This document shows positions 50,726-64,000 of a DNA stretch of 64,000 nucleotides, in pieces. The DNA is taken from positions 69,812,001 through 69,876,000 of the forward strand of contig NC_043009.1 of assembly GCF_006345805.1 (NCBI RefSeq). Direction: 5' to 3'. Every line of letters starts with the position of its first letter. Position 1 is the first letter of the stretch. Under the pieces are notes generated by a model. The model had not been told where the DNA came from, made no database searches, and saw only the letters and a program-made list of their open reading frames with translations. A program made the translations under genes and the position numbers. The stretch comes from Octopus sinensis (Eukaryota).

Positions 50726-51261
50726 AGGTACTATAAATTTAGAGTGAATACTTGATAAGTGTAAGCACCTGTATATGCCAGATAGTGGTAGAGGTGAGAG
50801 ACTATATCAAATATAAATTAAAAACAGAACACAAAGGATATCGCGGTTCACGTGTTTCAAGCTTTATAAACAATTCGTTATAACAGTGTATTATCGATAT
50901 AAAAGATGGTTTAAATCTGTCTTCAGCCGCAAACATTGTTAGTCCAAAGATTACATCACAATATAGAGTGCTGAATGGTGGTACAGTATGGGCAGATTTT
51001 TGAAATCCAATGAATCTTTATACTTTTATACAAATATACTTTTTCAAGGAGATATGATAAACCTATTATAATGGGTAATACTACGTGTACTTTTATATAT
51101 ATATACATACGCTCACACATATTTCTTCTAACATTGCCTGTTCTATCTTCAATCGCAATTGTTTGCAAAGACATATTCGTATACAGAAGTTCGTATCCTT
51201 CAGGCATGGTCCTGAATTCTGCTGAACATCTGTAAAGATCATCTTAAAAAGTGTGTGTGTG

Positions 51262-51292
<31 letters not shown>

Positions 51293-51750
51293 CATACATA
51301 CCTGCATGCACGAATGTACACAAGCACGGCACGAACGCCCCTTTGTGCCTCTATGTTCGTTTTCGTGTAGATTGTTGTTTATATGTATATGCGTTTACGA
51401 ACGTATTTCCGAATTTGTATGCTTTATGTCTTTTACAAATTTCAGGCAAATTTATCATAAAAGATCATTTCTTGGTATCGATTCCAAAATTTGTAAAATG
51501 GTTTGAAGAGCGTATTAAAGGATGGAAAAACAAGGAAAGAACTGTTCAAGTGAGAGACTGATAAAGAAGAAGATAACTAGGGGGTGGGGCGGTTATCACA
51601 GAGGGTGCGAACACTCAACTGTAATAATATTGCAAATCTGTACACACGCGCAAACGGACACATACAAAGATGCACGCATACATGCATACATACACACACA
51701 CACTCGCACGCGTGCACCTATACACATGTTCACAGAAATACTCACATATA

Positions 51751-51979
51751 TTTCTTTACTGCCCACAAGGGGCTAAACATAGAGGGGACAAACAAGGACA
51801 GACAAACGGATTAAGTCGATTATATCGACTCCAGCGCGAAACTGGTACTTATTTAATCGACCCCGAAAGGATGAAACGCAAAGTCGACCTCGGCAGTATT
51901 TGAACTCAGAATTTAACGACAGATGAAATACCGCCAAGCATTTCGCCCGGCGTGCTAACGTTTCTGCCAGCTCGCCGCC
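51751..51979 (-). mobile_element. tRNA-derived SINE (GGCGGCGAGCTGGCAGAA family)
   Basis: Near full-length copy. Confidence 0.9.
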
Positions 51980-52101
51980 TTTATATGTATATATACTCAC
52001 ATATATACATACGGAAATATATGTATATATATACACACACATGAATGTGAGTATACGTATATATAAAATCTATACATAGATATCAATACGAACATACATG
52101 C

Positions 52102-52188
<87 letters not shown>

Positions 52189-52950
52189 TAAATAAATAGA
52201 GAGAGAGATATAGATAGATAGATGCATATATATATATAATGAATTTATGTTACTCATCAGCAAATCCGTTTAACCACCTAAAATCCGTTTCCTACTCCTA
52301 CGCAACCCACAAATCGTTGGTGACGACGCCTTGACACATACAAAAATATATCAGAGGCGATTATTACATTCCGAATTCTCTATTTAATCATTGCTTGAAT
52401 GCGGTTTGAAATGTTGAGCTTCAAAATTCCAAGAGTCATGTACAAGAGTAGTAGTAGTAGTGATGGTGGTATTATTTGTAATAGTATTACTAGTAATAAT
52501 AGTAGTAGTAGCGGCAGCAGCAGCTATTCCAGCAGTAGTAGTACTAAAAGCATTATCAACATCTTATGTATTATGTCTCTTAACGTATAACTATAGAAGA
52601 CATTCCCATCGAAAGCGTTCCATCTTCTTTCCTTTTCTGTATCTTTCTGTTCCTTTCCCTTTCTTCTGGCTTTAGTGTATCTTGCACTACGTAATCCACT
52701 TTTATAGACAGTATGTTATATGAGGCAGATTCAGTTGCTGTTTCTAGCATGTCTAATATGTTGTCATGTTGTTCACAATTCTGGAAACTGATTTTTTTTG
52801 TCCCTCAGAGACACCCGTTTTTCATTCGTGGAGACTTTTTTCTCTTCATTTAGAGGTATTCGATTTGTTTCTTTATAAAGATTTCTTCGATGTCTCCTTT
52901 ATAGATTAAAGCACCTCCCTTCATTCATCATCGAGATAACCTTTGTTGAC

Positions 52951-53250
52951 TTATAAGGACATCCTTGTTATATCAGAGATAAATTTAGCTGGGTCCATGG
53001 AGCACATGTTTTGACCCAGGTTTACTTTCCTTTCGGAGGTTCTGGTTATTGGATCATAATTCGGTTGCCTCATAGGAGCAACCAGTGTTGCTGACTCAAA
53101 GAAGCTTCGATGCTGTTTCATAAACGCATGCTGTTCTTTGAAAATGTCATCCGTACTTGAAGCAGGAATACGGAGCACAAGAATGATGAGATTTGCGGCG
53201 CCTTCACAAGTGTCATCAATACGAAGTTTAGCTTGACTTTTCCGTGATTG
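52951..53250 (-). pseudogene. Possible hAT transposase C-terminal dimerisation-domain relic
   Basis: About 100-codon stop-free stretch with LVLRIPASSTDDIF...KQHRSFFESATL, loosely like LxIPAxSAxxERxFS...RxxLxxxTL; weak. Confidence 0.3.
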
Positions 53251-55624
53251 AATTTAAATGTTAATAAATATCTCTAATTGAACTAATTAAAACTAATTGA
53301 TTTTTACGATTTATTTTACTATTCACTTTCTTTTCTTTCTACACAGCGAAACGAAGCACTCAGTTATCGATAAACCGATCTGCAGAAATTAATTTGGCTT
53401 TTAAATTTTAATTATAAAATTTCTTTAACGTAATGAATTATGTGTTTATATATATATATATATATATGCTTTCTACACAGTTACACACACACACACTCGC
53501 ACGCTCACGTTGACATACGCATACACTAGCGTGCATGGAGATGTACGATTTTGATACATGGTGAAATGTCGTTCTAGCAACAGAATTACGTATTTAGTAA
53601 TTAATTGGCAGAATTCTCACAGACGCGAGTAACTTTAACGGAATTTCTAAGCCTAAGAAGACACGAGATGTGACAAGGATGGATCATTTCATTTAAGTTA
53701 GAATCCCTGAGACGGGTTCTGCACAATTACAATAAAAAAGAATTCGATACCACGCTGTGATCGAAACCGAGAAGTCAGCAATGATGAAGCGAACTTTTTA
53801 GTCACTCGGCTATATGCATTAAGTACACGCACACACTAGCAGATGGCTTAATCAGTAGAAGAGTAATGAATATAACTACGAAAAAGGGATCCCTTTAACC
53901 CTTTGGGCAAATGAACGCTTTGAAAGTGATTAAAAAGACTAATTTTTACAATGGTTGACAGTTTTGTCGGCGTAATACAACGAGCAAATCCCTTTTGTCT
54001 AACGATCACGGACTGCTTTTAATATACAGACCATGAAATAGTTAAAGAGTTTATTCAACACAAATGTACTTAAAGAAATTCAAAAAAGTTCATTCTAAGA
54101 TTAGTATAAATGTTATCATTGCACGAAGGGGAAGCGATTTAGCAGAGTTGTCAAAGCCTTGGCTCGAAAGCCATGCAAAAGAGAAACTGCTTATTGTGGT
54201 TATTTATTGACAATTTAAAGGGATCAGTAATTTATTTCTTCTTGTATAATTCATACAACTTTTAAGTTTATCTTTATAGGTTTCCTACTGAGTTCAGAGC
54301 CAGCACTGAGTGTTACGAAGTTTAGTAAACGAACGTCTATGTAAGCAGTGCGATCGAAGACAGACAAAGTAATGGGTGTATACATGCGTATTTCAAGAGT
54401 TATTGCTCTTTCCTCAGCATCACTGCCAACCTAACGACTATCTACAATCACACTGTTTAAATATCCATTAAGTTTAGTGGCATAACACTTTTCGATTGAC
54501 TAATTTACGCGTAAATACGTATCAATTGCTGGTAAGTACGAAAAGAAACGTGTTCTTGCAAACAATTATTTAATGCAACAAACAGCTGAGATGAGAAAGA
54601 GTCAAAATTTTGCAGATAATGGAGAATATCAAATACGAGTCCGTGTAGGTGGTTGTTTGGTAGAGAAATGATAGAGTTGTATGGTGGTCGGACAAAATGC
54701 TTAGTGGCGTTCATTCATCTCTCTGTATGCTGACATATAATCTCCCCTAAGTCAGCATTGCTTTTCATCTATTTGGAATCAAGAAATAAAAGTAACAGTC
54801 TGGAGCAGTGAGTATTTGAGTATCGGACGAGAAACCTTGCTGTTCCTGTTACGACTCGTGTTCCGAGTTCGCCTTCTACTTAGATGCCGGTGGTCATTGC
54901 AAATTGCTCGTCTAGACGAGCATCCTTCTTCAACCTGTAATTGGCCACTGTAAATAGGAAGGTCCACCACCAGCGTAGGCAATCAGCAAATGCATGCTGA
55001 AACTTCATACAATAGCGGATAAATAACGACTTGATATAAGGAAAACGATAAAAAAAAAATCGACAATTCATGCTTCTAAACATGACTTGTAAGAAAACGA
55101 AAATTTACTCTCATCACAAAGGCATAAGAATGGAAATCAGCGAGTGAACATTTTAAAAATTAGAATACATTAATTGTAACTAAACATGAAACTGTCGTAG
55201 TTCTGAAATTAATTGTAAATGACACGTGTCATGGAAATGCTAGCTACGGAAAATACCGAAATGTTACGAATAATAACCACATGTCACTGATGTTTACTCT
55301 TTAAGTCGTTAAAAATTTGATTTTCTTCAGAATCAAACGAATGAGCGAGAAGTTTAATGCTTATATTTTCTAGTTAGTTAGAGTGTGTGTGTGTATATGT
55401 GTGTTAATTTCTATATGTATGTGTGTATGCCTGTTATGGTGCGAATCTCCGTTTGAGGAGAGTCTCAGGTGAACAATTTCGGAGAGCAAGATAAGTCAGT
55501 TGCAAAGCTAATACCCAAGGAAAACATGAAGATGTCGCCATCGATTAAATCAATATCTATAAAGCTGGAATGCGAAAAAGTTGTTTGATTTCTTGGTTGT
55601 TTGTCCCATTCTGAGATGGGAACG

Positions 55625-55805
55625 GTTTAAGGGGCGGTAGATTGGGGCGGATTGGCGCCAAAATTTACACTGGGGGGTAAAATGGGGTGGGCAATGGTGT
55701 GAGGAGGGTTGCAAGTCGCTCGGGGCTACCGTTTGGTTGCCATGGCGAGGAATATGGGAAAAATTGAGTGTTATGGGATAGACAGGTTGCACTGTTTGAA
55801 TAAGG
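55625..55805. promoter_or_regulatory. Candidate promoter: GC boxes, CCAAT boxes, E2F-like, RFX X-box-like and CHR-like motifs
   Basis: GGGGCGG at 55631 and 55644, ATTGG at 55641 and 55651, TTGGCGCCAAAA at 55652, GTTGCCATGGCGAG at 55736, TTTGAA at 55795. Confidence 0.45.
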
Positions 55806-57158
55806 GTGTATTTTCGTGTTGCTGCAGGGGCTAGAGGCGGTTATAATAATTTCTTTTACTCGTCACAGCTGCATGGCATGGAGTACACACAGTCTTTGGT
55901 CACATTCTCTTCTATTGGTGGTTTTATTCGAAGGAGATATTTGCAAAGGGTTCAATCCGCTCGGATTTAACAGTTAAATCTCCCTCGAATTACAGCGTCC
56001 TACTGTTTTAAAGGGATACACGGGATTACGTAATTCTAGAAATACTGACTAAAAGACGGGCGGCAAGGCCACATTTAGAATGCCTTTTGATCAGTGGTTA
56101 GCGTCATCAGTTCCATAGCTACTACAGCAACTGCCACACGGCAGGAAACTATATGTTCTATGATACATCGCAAACAGACGCCTTAGTACTGAGCTCTTTG
56201 ATTCTTCCTTTTGCTGATAAAGAACAAAGAACGGAAGCATTAGATTGTATTCTTCTTCTTAACAAATGATTTGCCGAACTAGAACTTCCACTTATTAAAC
56301 TATTTGTATTACCCTTGGCCCAAAGTACAACATTTCTAGTTTCCCTTCGTTCCCTCTCTTTCACATTACTGTTTTATTGGCTGATGTATTACATTAATTA
56401 TTCTTCTCAGTTCGCTATATTTCCTACCGTAAAGTTTTCCAATAAAATCAGCTAAAAATAAACGACATCGTATTACTTGTCAATAAATGTCAGTTAATAG
56501 TGTTATTTTTATGTCAGATATACTTAAATATTATTCTCACTGTCTCCAGACACCGTCCTATTTCCTGACACATGCAACAACACATCAAACTCCAAAACAT
56601 ATAATAGAATCCATTTTATAGGCGATGCTGTAGTTCTTTGTTGTTTTGAAGTTGAATCTAATGCAGAGAAGTTTTGTTTTTTTATGTTTTCGTTTTCTTT
56701 TCTTTTTCCATCAGCAGAACTTTAAGATTTTGTCTTATGTTTTGCTGCGTAGAATACATTATCTCATATCGCACTATGTGTGTCCAACATATGCATATAA
56801 TATCAACTCTGAATTTATATTCCTTACCAATGAGTATTATTTACAGTTATTTACATATGTCGAGTTCTGGGCCAGATTGTATATATATTGCATCAAGTTT
56901 CAATTAATATTTTTTACTGACTACTCAATAAGCAAACGCACACACGCGCACGCACGCACACACATATATGTGTGTGCGTGTGTGTGTGTGTGAGTTACCT
57001 TTTGATTTACTTTGATATGTGCTGAAATGGCTACTTAGCCAATCGCTAAAATAATTACAAAGCTGAAATGATAATAATTACTCCTGGCCAATACTATTAA
57101 GAAACACCCGGATGGCGATGCACCAGAACGGCTGCTGTCCGATGACAGAAGCCAGTAA

Positions 57159-57193
<35 letters not shown>

Positions 57194-58133
57194 GGGGGAA
57201 AATAACATAAAAAAAGAAAAGAATATATAAGAAAGAATCTGTATCTGATAATGGCTGATATGAATGTTTGTTTTTGATTGGCTGATTTCTCATTGTACTT
57301 GAAACAGGGAGAATAGAAGAGAGAGAGAAATGAAATACGGAGAAATAGAGAGAGTTAACATGAGTGCACAGTAGAAAAAGAAGACGAACGGTAGACACAC
57401 AGAGTAAGGAAAATGTCAGAAACACGCGACGTGGAGAGGGAGTATGTGTTGAGGCATACATGTATAGATATGTATTTATATTGGGACAGTGGACCCTTCA
57501 CTGCCCTCAACACTCCTTAAATCCCACGCAACCTCCTACTCCCCTCCAGTACTGCTTGCTCTCCACATTTAAACTTCTCTGCGTCATAACCTGAAATGTA
57601 AGAAATTTTCTGCCCTGATGATGGAGGCTCAACTTATCCAATGCTTTTTGGCTTCCATTACTGGCTGCCTCTTGTGGTGAACTACAACTACCAACATTAT
57701 GACGGATCTCCGAGCTCTCAGAAACAGCTGATGGACTTAGAGGACAGTTTACCTTCTCCCCTTTAACTTTCTCTGTCATTTGCACTCTGCATAAGTTTGT
57801 TCCATAAATACATAAATATCTATACTTTTATACTTAAATATTCATCGTCTGAAAATCCCCAGTCTTTGCTCTCTCTCTGTTTACATGTACTCATATACAT
57901 ATCAAACCCGAGCTGTTACATTTAGTTTGCTTATTTATATAATCGCCTCCATATCTGCTCATATGAAGTCCTCTTATCGTCACTCTTTACCTCGCGGATT
58001 TGGTCCCACCTAGAGACATCGGAGTCTAAGTTCGAATCATTTGAGCGCTACAAAGTGTTTTCTATACCGAGAATCTCTGGATCTCGTCTGTTGACTACCC
58101 TCCCCCCTCCCCCCCTCTCTCTCTCTCTGTATG

Positions 58134-58380
58134 TTCTTTTATTCTTTCACTTGTTTCAGATATATGGCTGCGGCCATACTGGAAAACCGCTTTGAAAGGC
58201 TTTAGTCGAACAAATCGACCTCAGGACTTCTTTTTTAAGCGTAGTACTTATTCTATCGGTCGTTTTTGACAACCGCTAAGTTGCGGGGTCACCAACACTG
58301 GCTGTCAAGCGGTGATGGAGGGAGAAAACACAGACACAAAGACACACACACGCACGCGCACACACACAGTCAATTCAAAT
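58134..58380 (-). mobile_element. SINE 3' half (26086 family)
   Basis: Reverse complement matches AATAAGTACT...GGTCGATTTGTTCGACTAAA...ATGGCCGCAGCC...CTGAAACAAGT. Confidence 0.8.
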
Positions 58381-59386
58381 AAACAATTAATTCAAACAAA
58401 CGAATAAAAACAGACACCAGGAGGACGCGCATAAGAAATGTATTAACTTGAAGATCGGTGAAAGGAGAGAGTGATGGTTCGAGCGTAGGCTGTGTGAAAT
58501 TTAGGAGACATTTACGAAGAGAAAGGTAGTCTTACGGCTGTTTCTGGAACACTAGGGATATCCCTTCATCAGAGTCGATATGAGAGAGTCAACGAGAGGG
58601 AAGTAGTATAAATCAATATAAGGAGTTATTTTGGAAAAGGATGGATATAGGAAGTATAAAGGGAAATAGAATAGAAATAAAGGTAAAAATGTAGGATGTT
58701 ACAGATGGATAGTTTGGAGTCAAATTCCATGTGTTCTCCATTTAAATAGGTCTTGTGGTGTGAACGAGAGAAGAAAATAGATATGTATGTTAGAAAGAGA
58801 ATGGTGTCAGTCAAAAGGAATAGGGGAGGAAACAGAAAGAGGAAGGAAAATGAAAAAAGGAGTGCTAAATAAAGGTGGTCAAGATGTTTGTGGGTGGGGG
58901 AGTCGAGCTATCAAGATAAAGGAATAGGGGAGGTGTAGAAGGAAGAGATAAGAATGTAAGGAAGGATTAGTTGTGAAAAGTGGAAGGTGGGATGATATGT
59001 TTGAAATGCATTAAGGTGGGGAGACAGGTAAATAAAATGGCACGGTGGTGTGTACTAAACCTCAAAAAGGAAGGGAAGAATACGATATAATGGTCAAGGT
59101 TCTAAAAATAGACATAGGTATTTAATGTAGTAGCTACAGTGATAGTGGGGGGGGGTTGAGGAATCAGAGAGAGAAAGAAAGATGTGTATCCAGATATACA
59201 CACGCGCACACATATACATATATATACACACAGAAAAATATGTACGCATATATATATATATATACACACACACAGATATTACCGTAGAAAACACACCCAC
59301 ACACACACGCATGATTAAAACTAACATTAATTGATATAGCTAGTTGCTAAGATTAAATAATTCCTTCTCTGCAATATATGTATGTA

Positions 59387-59441
<55 letters not shown>

Positions 59442-62044
59442 TTGAAAACCTCCACTAACTGAAGAAATTATATAATTTTAGTAACTAGCTGTATAAATTG
59501 TTAGTTTTAATCGTGTGTGTGTGTGTGAACACGCATGGGTGTGGGTGTAACTTCTACGAAAATACTTTCACTTAAATTTTTGGAATCGTATGTAATTGTT
59601 TGAAATCAGATTTAATTTAGTAAAAAGTTAGTTTTCTATGCATGTTACGCACGATTTCTTTATTGTCTAAAAATTAATTCTCGGTGATCATGCGCAGTGA
59701 TGTCAGATTTAAGTCACAAATGAAACTGTTATTACGTTTGTCTCCTTTTTTTGTCATTTCATGAAATATTTTCTGAAGATAATTAAATTAAAATAACTGG
59801 AGACTGCGTTTGTCGTTTGGAGAAGAATCTGGAAGCTACAGGAAAGTACAAAAATATTAAGAAACATTCAACTATAATTTTTTTCCTAAATTTAACATGT
59901 TTTCATATATATATATGTGTGTGTGTATGTGCTATCAGTTTGAGCTCGAAGCTGTGGCCATGCTGGGCAACGTCGTTTTGCTGCACTGTTATTATTGAGA
60001 GCCTCCTCTAATATGTAGAATTTCGCGAGTAAGGGAGTTTGATGCCGCTGTCTTCATTTCGCCTCCTGCCGCGTGGTTGGTTCATCTGAGACTCTCCATA
60101 GGAAAAGAGGACGAACATCGGCCGAGGAAGAATATCCTCTGGGACTTAATCTTTTTAAATCTAGTACTTATTCTATCGTTCTGTTTTGCAGAACCACTAA
60201 GGCAGTGCTCCAACCTGGCCGCAGTCAGATGACTGAAACAAGAATATATATATATATATAATGTATGTATGCTGGAGCACCGCTTTTATATATATATCGT
60301 AACAAAATAGTAGATTTCCATGCACCCCTCAGACACGAATATGAGGACGTGAAAAAAAAACTCTCTCCTCTGAGAATGTGAAACAGTCCAAAGACCATGA
60401 GTCACTTGTTACTTGCCTCGTAATTCAATTTCCTCCATCTTGTTGGGATGATATGAGAAATTACATAAAAAAAAATCGCAAGACAGTAAAAAAACGACAA
60501 AAAAAAGAAACGGCAGATTTGATATAGACACGAAATAATAGTAACACGCCACATCTACAACTATAAACATTATTTTTACTCATTAAAAACATGAAAGATT
60601 CTAATTTGACGCTATATGTTGCAAAATGAACAAGCTACTTTGTCTTGCATAGTCATAAAGAAAAAAAGAAAACTCGTAGTTGATGCTATTACATACTCGG
60701 TCATTTTATGACCTTCATTAAATATGAAAACTTTAAAGAGTTTAAGTTAATTGTTGTTTCACAGAACAGTTTGAGTCATTTAATTTATGTTGCAAACATC
60801 ATTCTCTTTCCTCCAGAAGCTGTATAATGAACGCTTTGTATCTATAATAGTCTTCTCTACCACTCCACCATTTTGCGTCATCATCACAATCGCCAACTCT
60901 TTCACCCACCACTGACAAAATTATTTCATAAATCATCGTTTTTGTTGCCGTCATTTTTGCCAATGTTATTATCATTACCATCGCTGCTGCTGCTGCAGTT
61001 GTTGATGTTGCTATTGTTGTTGTACCAGTAACATGTTCGTTTCGAGTCGCTCGTAACTTTTGTTTGAAACTGTCTTTTAAAATTAAGTAATCAAAATCTT
61101 TACTCTATACGTCTCGTAAAGTCTGAACGATTTAAGATGCTGCTAAACTCCGTCGTATTTTTACCGTTAGGGAATAATTTTCTTTTATTTATTTCGTAAA
61201 ATTTATTCAGGTCTTCGAATATGACGTCAAATTTGCCGCCAAAATGTCAGTGGGGTGAGAGCAGAGATTGGAAGAGCTATTTTGAAGCCGCTTTCCAAGT
61301 TTTATAATAAAACACCCTGTCAACACAAGACCGAAAGGAAGCAACAACAATAATAGCAACAACAAAGAAAGAGAAAAGGAGAATAAAGATAAAAAAAAAC
61401 AACGCAAAAAACGAGACTGGAGTACAAAACAACAAATTAAAATGTCGCTTCCACGAACGCGCAGATTCCAGCCATTTGCATTGACCAATACAAAAACCAC
61501 GATACAAAGATTTACAAATCAAACACTGGCGGTTTTGCCGATGCTGCTGGCCGGATTAGAAGGTTTTTGGAAGTGGCAAGAATTATAAAATTGCCGAAAA
61601 ATTAGGTCGAGATGAAATATAACCGTAAAGATACCTGAACACCCTGACGTTTTGTATAATTCTGAACTGTACACACACACACACACACACACGCGCGCGC
61701 GCGCGAGCGTTTTTCAGTTTATAAACAAAAAATTAGTCAACACTTGCAACGCAAAGCTGGTTCCTCCTTTCTTCTTCGCAACTAGTTTCCCCAGGGTAGC
61801 GAGGGTTAAAAATGGCGATGGATTGAAGACTTATTTTAAATAAACTAAGGCTGGAGATTTATTTCAAACATTTATCAACCATAAAAACCATCCTCCAACT
61901 CAGAAACAAAACCTTTCCATTGGAAGATAGGCAACGCGTGTGTATGGACACACACATATATATATATACACAAACACTCGTGTGTATGTATGTATGTATG
62001 TATGTATGTATGTATGTATGCGTGTACATGCTTGCAAGTATTCT

Positions 62045-62094
<50 letters not shown>

Positions 62095-63317
62095 TGCATA
62101 TATGCATTTGTTTGGTGTAAATATGTGGAGGAGCTCAGTTGAATTCAATTCTCGAACGTGATATTGTTTGTCGCACATGGCGTTTGCTTTGAATCAATCT
62201 CCGAATAAATTCAATAATCTTCAATTATGGCACAAGTAGCAAGTGAAATATATATTTGCTTATCCCTCTTTGTATCTAGTGAGACGATCCATGAATATTT
62301 TGAGTTCAAATTGTACCAAGAGAATTTCATTAAAATGCTCATTTTTTTTTTTTTTGCATTTCCCTTAATCGATGAAATATAAGTCAATCAATCGTTAGAC
62401 TTATTTATTTCTTCATTCATTCAATGATTTATGTTTTAGAACCTGACTTGTTTTTTGTTTTTCTTTTCCCTAAACAAAACTCGCACTGAATATGTTTCCC
62501 ATAACACAATGGACCCCTTTCTTTTCAAATGTTTTCTATGTTGTATTGTAACTGGGGCAAGTAATTCTTGTGTGCAACCTATCTCTCTATATTTTCGCTT
62601 GGTAAGAATGTAGAACCAAATCGATATGAACAAATGTATGTACATAAATGTTTATTGATATCAATACTATTGATTTGTTAGTCATGAAGCTCATTATATG
62701 AAAGGAAGTGGGAGTAAAGACAATTGATTCAACAGCCTCTACCTTCCAGTTCACTGTGACCTGTTGACACGGTGGATTTCGCTTTCCTAGATTTCTAAAC
62801 TATTATAATTTCTAAGAATGGATTTTTAAGTATGAGAGCATCAACACACACACACACACATTGAAAACGACTCTGAGTTACAATTACCAATTCATGTTTT
62901 CCGTTCTTTTACATATTCTCGTGTGAGGCCGTTGCAGTTTATTTTGAAACGCTACACTTTCTAAATCTATCCTCGACTTCTGCAAACTGTCAAAATCACT
63001 TTCAGGATCCGAATTGTTGTTAATGGATGTAATTCTCTCTAGTATGAAGCGAATATGATTAATATATCATTAGTGTAACTACTAAATATACTTCGCATTC
63101 TAAGGGGAAAACTAAACATCTAGAAAGTTTTAAAAGGAATTTAAAAAGTTTGCTGTTTCAAATGATGTGCAAAGATATTAATTCAAAAAGATTAAACTTC
63201 AACATAGTTGTGGTTTTTTTTATATGTGTGTAAAAGAAATGTTCCCAGTCATCTATATGAACAAATACACGTATATTTATGTGCATTAGTCCATACTTGT
63301 ATAAATACTTACAAGAT

Positions 63318-63545
63318 ATCATTATCATCGTTCAACGTCCACTTTCCATGCTGGCATGGGTTGGACGGTTTGACTAAGGACTGACAAGCCAGGTGAGCGG
63401 CACCAGGCTCTGATCTGATCTGGTAACGTTTCTACAGCTGGATGCTCTTCCTAACGCTAACCACTCCGAGAGTGTAGTGAGGGATCTTTACGTGTCACCG
63501 ACACGGGACCCAGACGGGTGGCACTGGCATTGATCACGCTCGAAT
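63318..63545 (-). mobile_element. SINE or RTE-related 3' fragment with (GAT)n tail
   Basis: Minus strand CCAACCCATGCCAGCATGGAAAGTGGACGTTGAACGATGAT; same tail as 6370-6420. Confidence 0.7.
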
Positions 63546-64000
63546 GGTGCTATACACACACACACGCATACATATATGAAGAGGCGGTAAAAAGTTGCAA
63601 ATTCCCCTGCAATATTCGAACTTAGCATTTGCCGTAAAACGTAAAGCCGTACTAAACACTTCCACAAAGGATGATTAGAATTTTTCAGCCTAGAAATGAG
63701 AAACTATGATTTCATATTGATGAGGTGTTCGGGGATCGCAATTTGCATGGTATTAAGTATAATAATATACATACAGGCATTTATACATACATTACATACA
63801 TACATGCATACTTACATACACACATACATAAGCATATACACACACCTTCACTATATATAAACGCGTGTGTGTTTGTGTGTGTGCGCGCTCGCGCTCTCAT
63901 GACGACAGTCGTAATATCCCCTGCGACATTCGAATCCGTCCATGAAATATCTTTGCTCATGCTTTACTTTCGTAGGGTGTCTCTGAGTTATTTGTTCTGT

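Overview
AT-rich, microsatellite-saturated animal genomic DNA, mostly intronic or intergenic. The SINE types and compound (TA/CA/GATA/TAA)n tracts look like an octopus or related coleoid genome; this is inferred from recognised repeats, not proven. No complete protein-coding gene, rRNA, tRNA or CRISPR array is supported, and most ORFs in the track are translations of microsatellites. What is supported: (1) decayed retroelements: Penelope-like elements (RT at 9.9-11.5 kb, GIY-YIG at 15.0-15.75 kb), R4/Dong-like non-LTR elements including a four-member head-to-tail stack at 29.8-33.9 kb separated by (TAA)n, RTE fragments and many tRNA-derived SINEs; (2) DNA transposon relics (piggyBac fragment, hAT MITE with 8-bp TSD, pogo-type MITE); (3) five hammerhead-ribozyme-like motifs in Penelope-type termini. 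Two carry a compensatory U3-A8 core pair, one of them at the tip of a 144-nt rod, and three share a non-canonical U6 core; (4) three long fold-back palindromes, at least two built from TE sequence; (5) a probable minus-strand spliced transcript with a 140-nt exon, a 15-nt microexon and a 23-nt exon, of unknown identity; (6) candidate promoter motif clusters at about 4.2, 18.8 and 55.7 kb. All alignments, translations and folds were done by eye and need computational confirmation.
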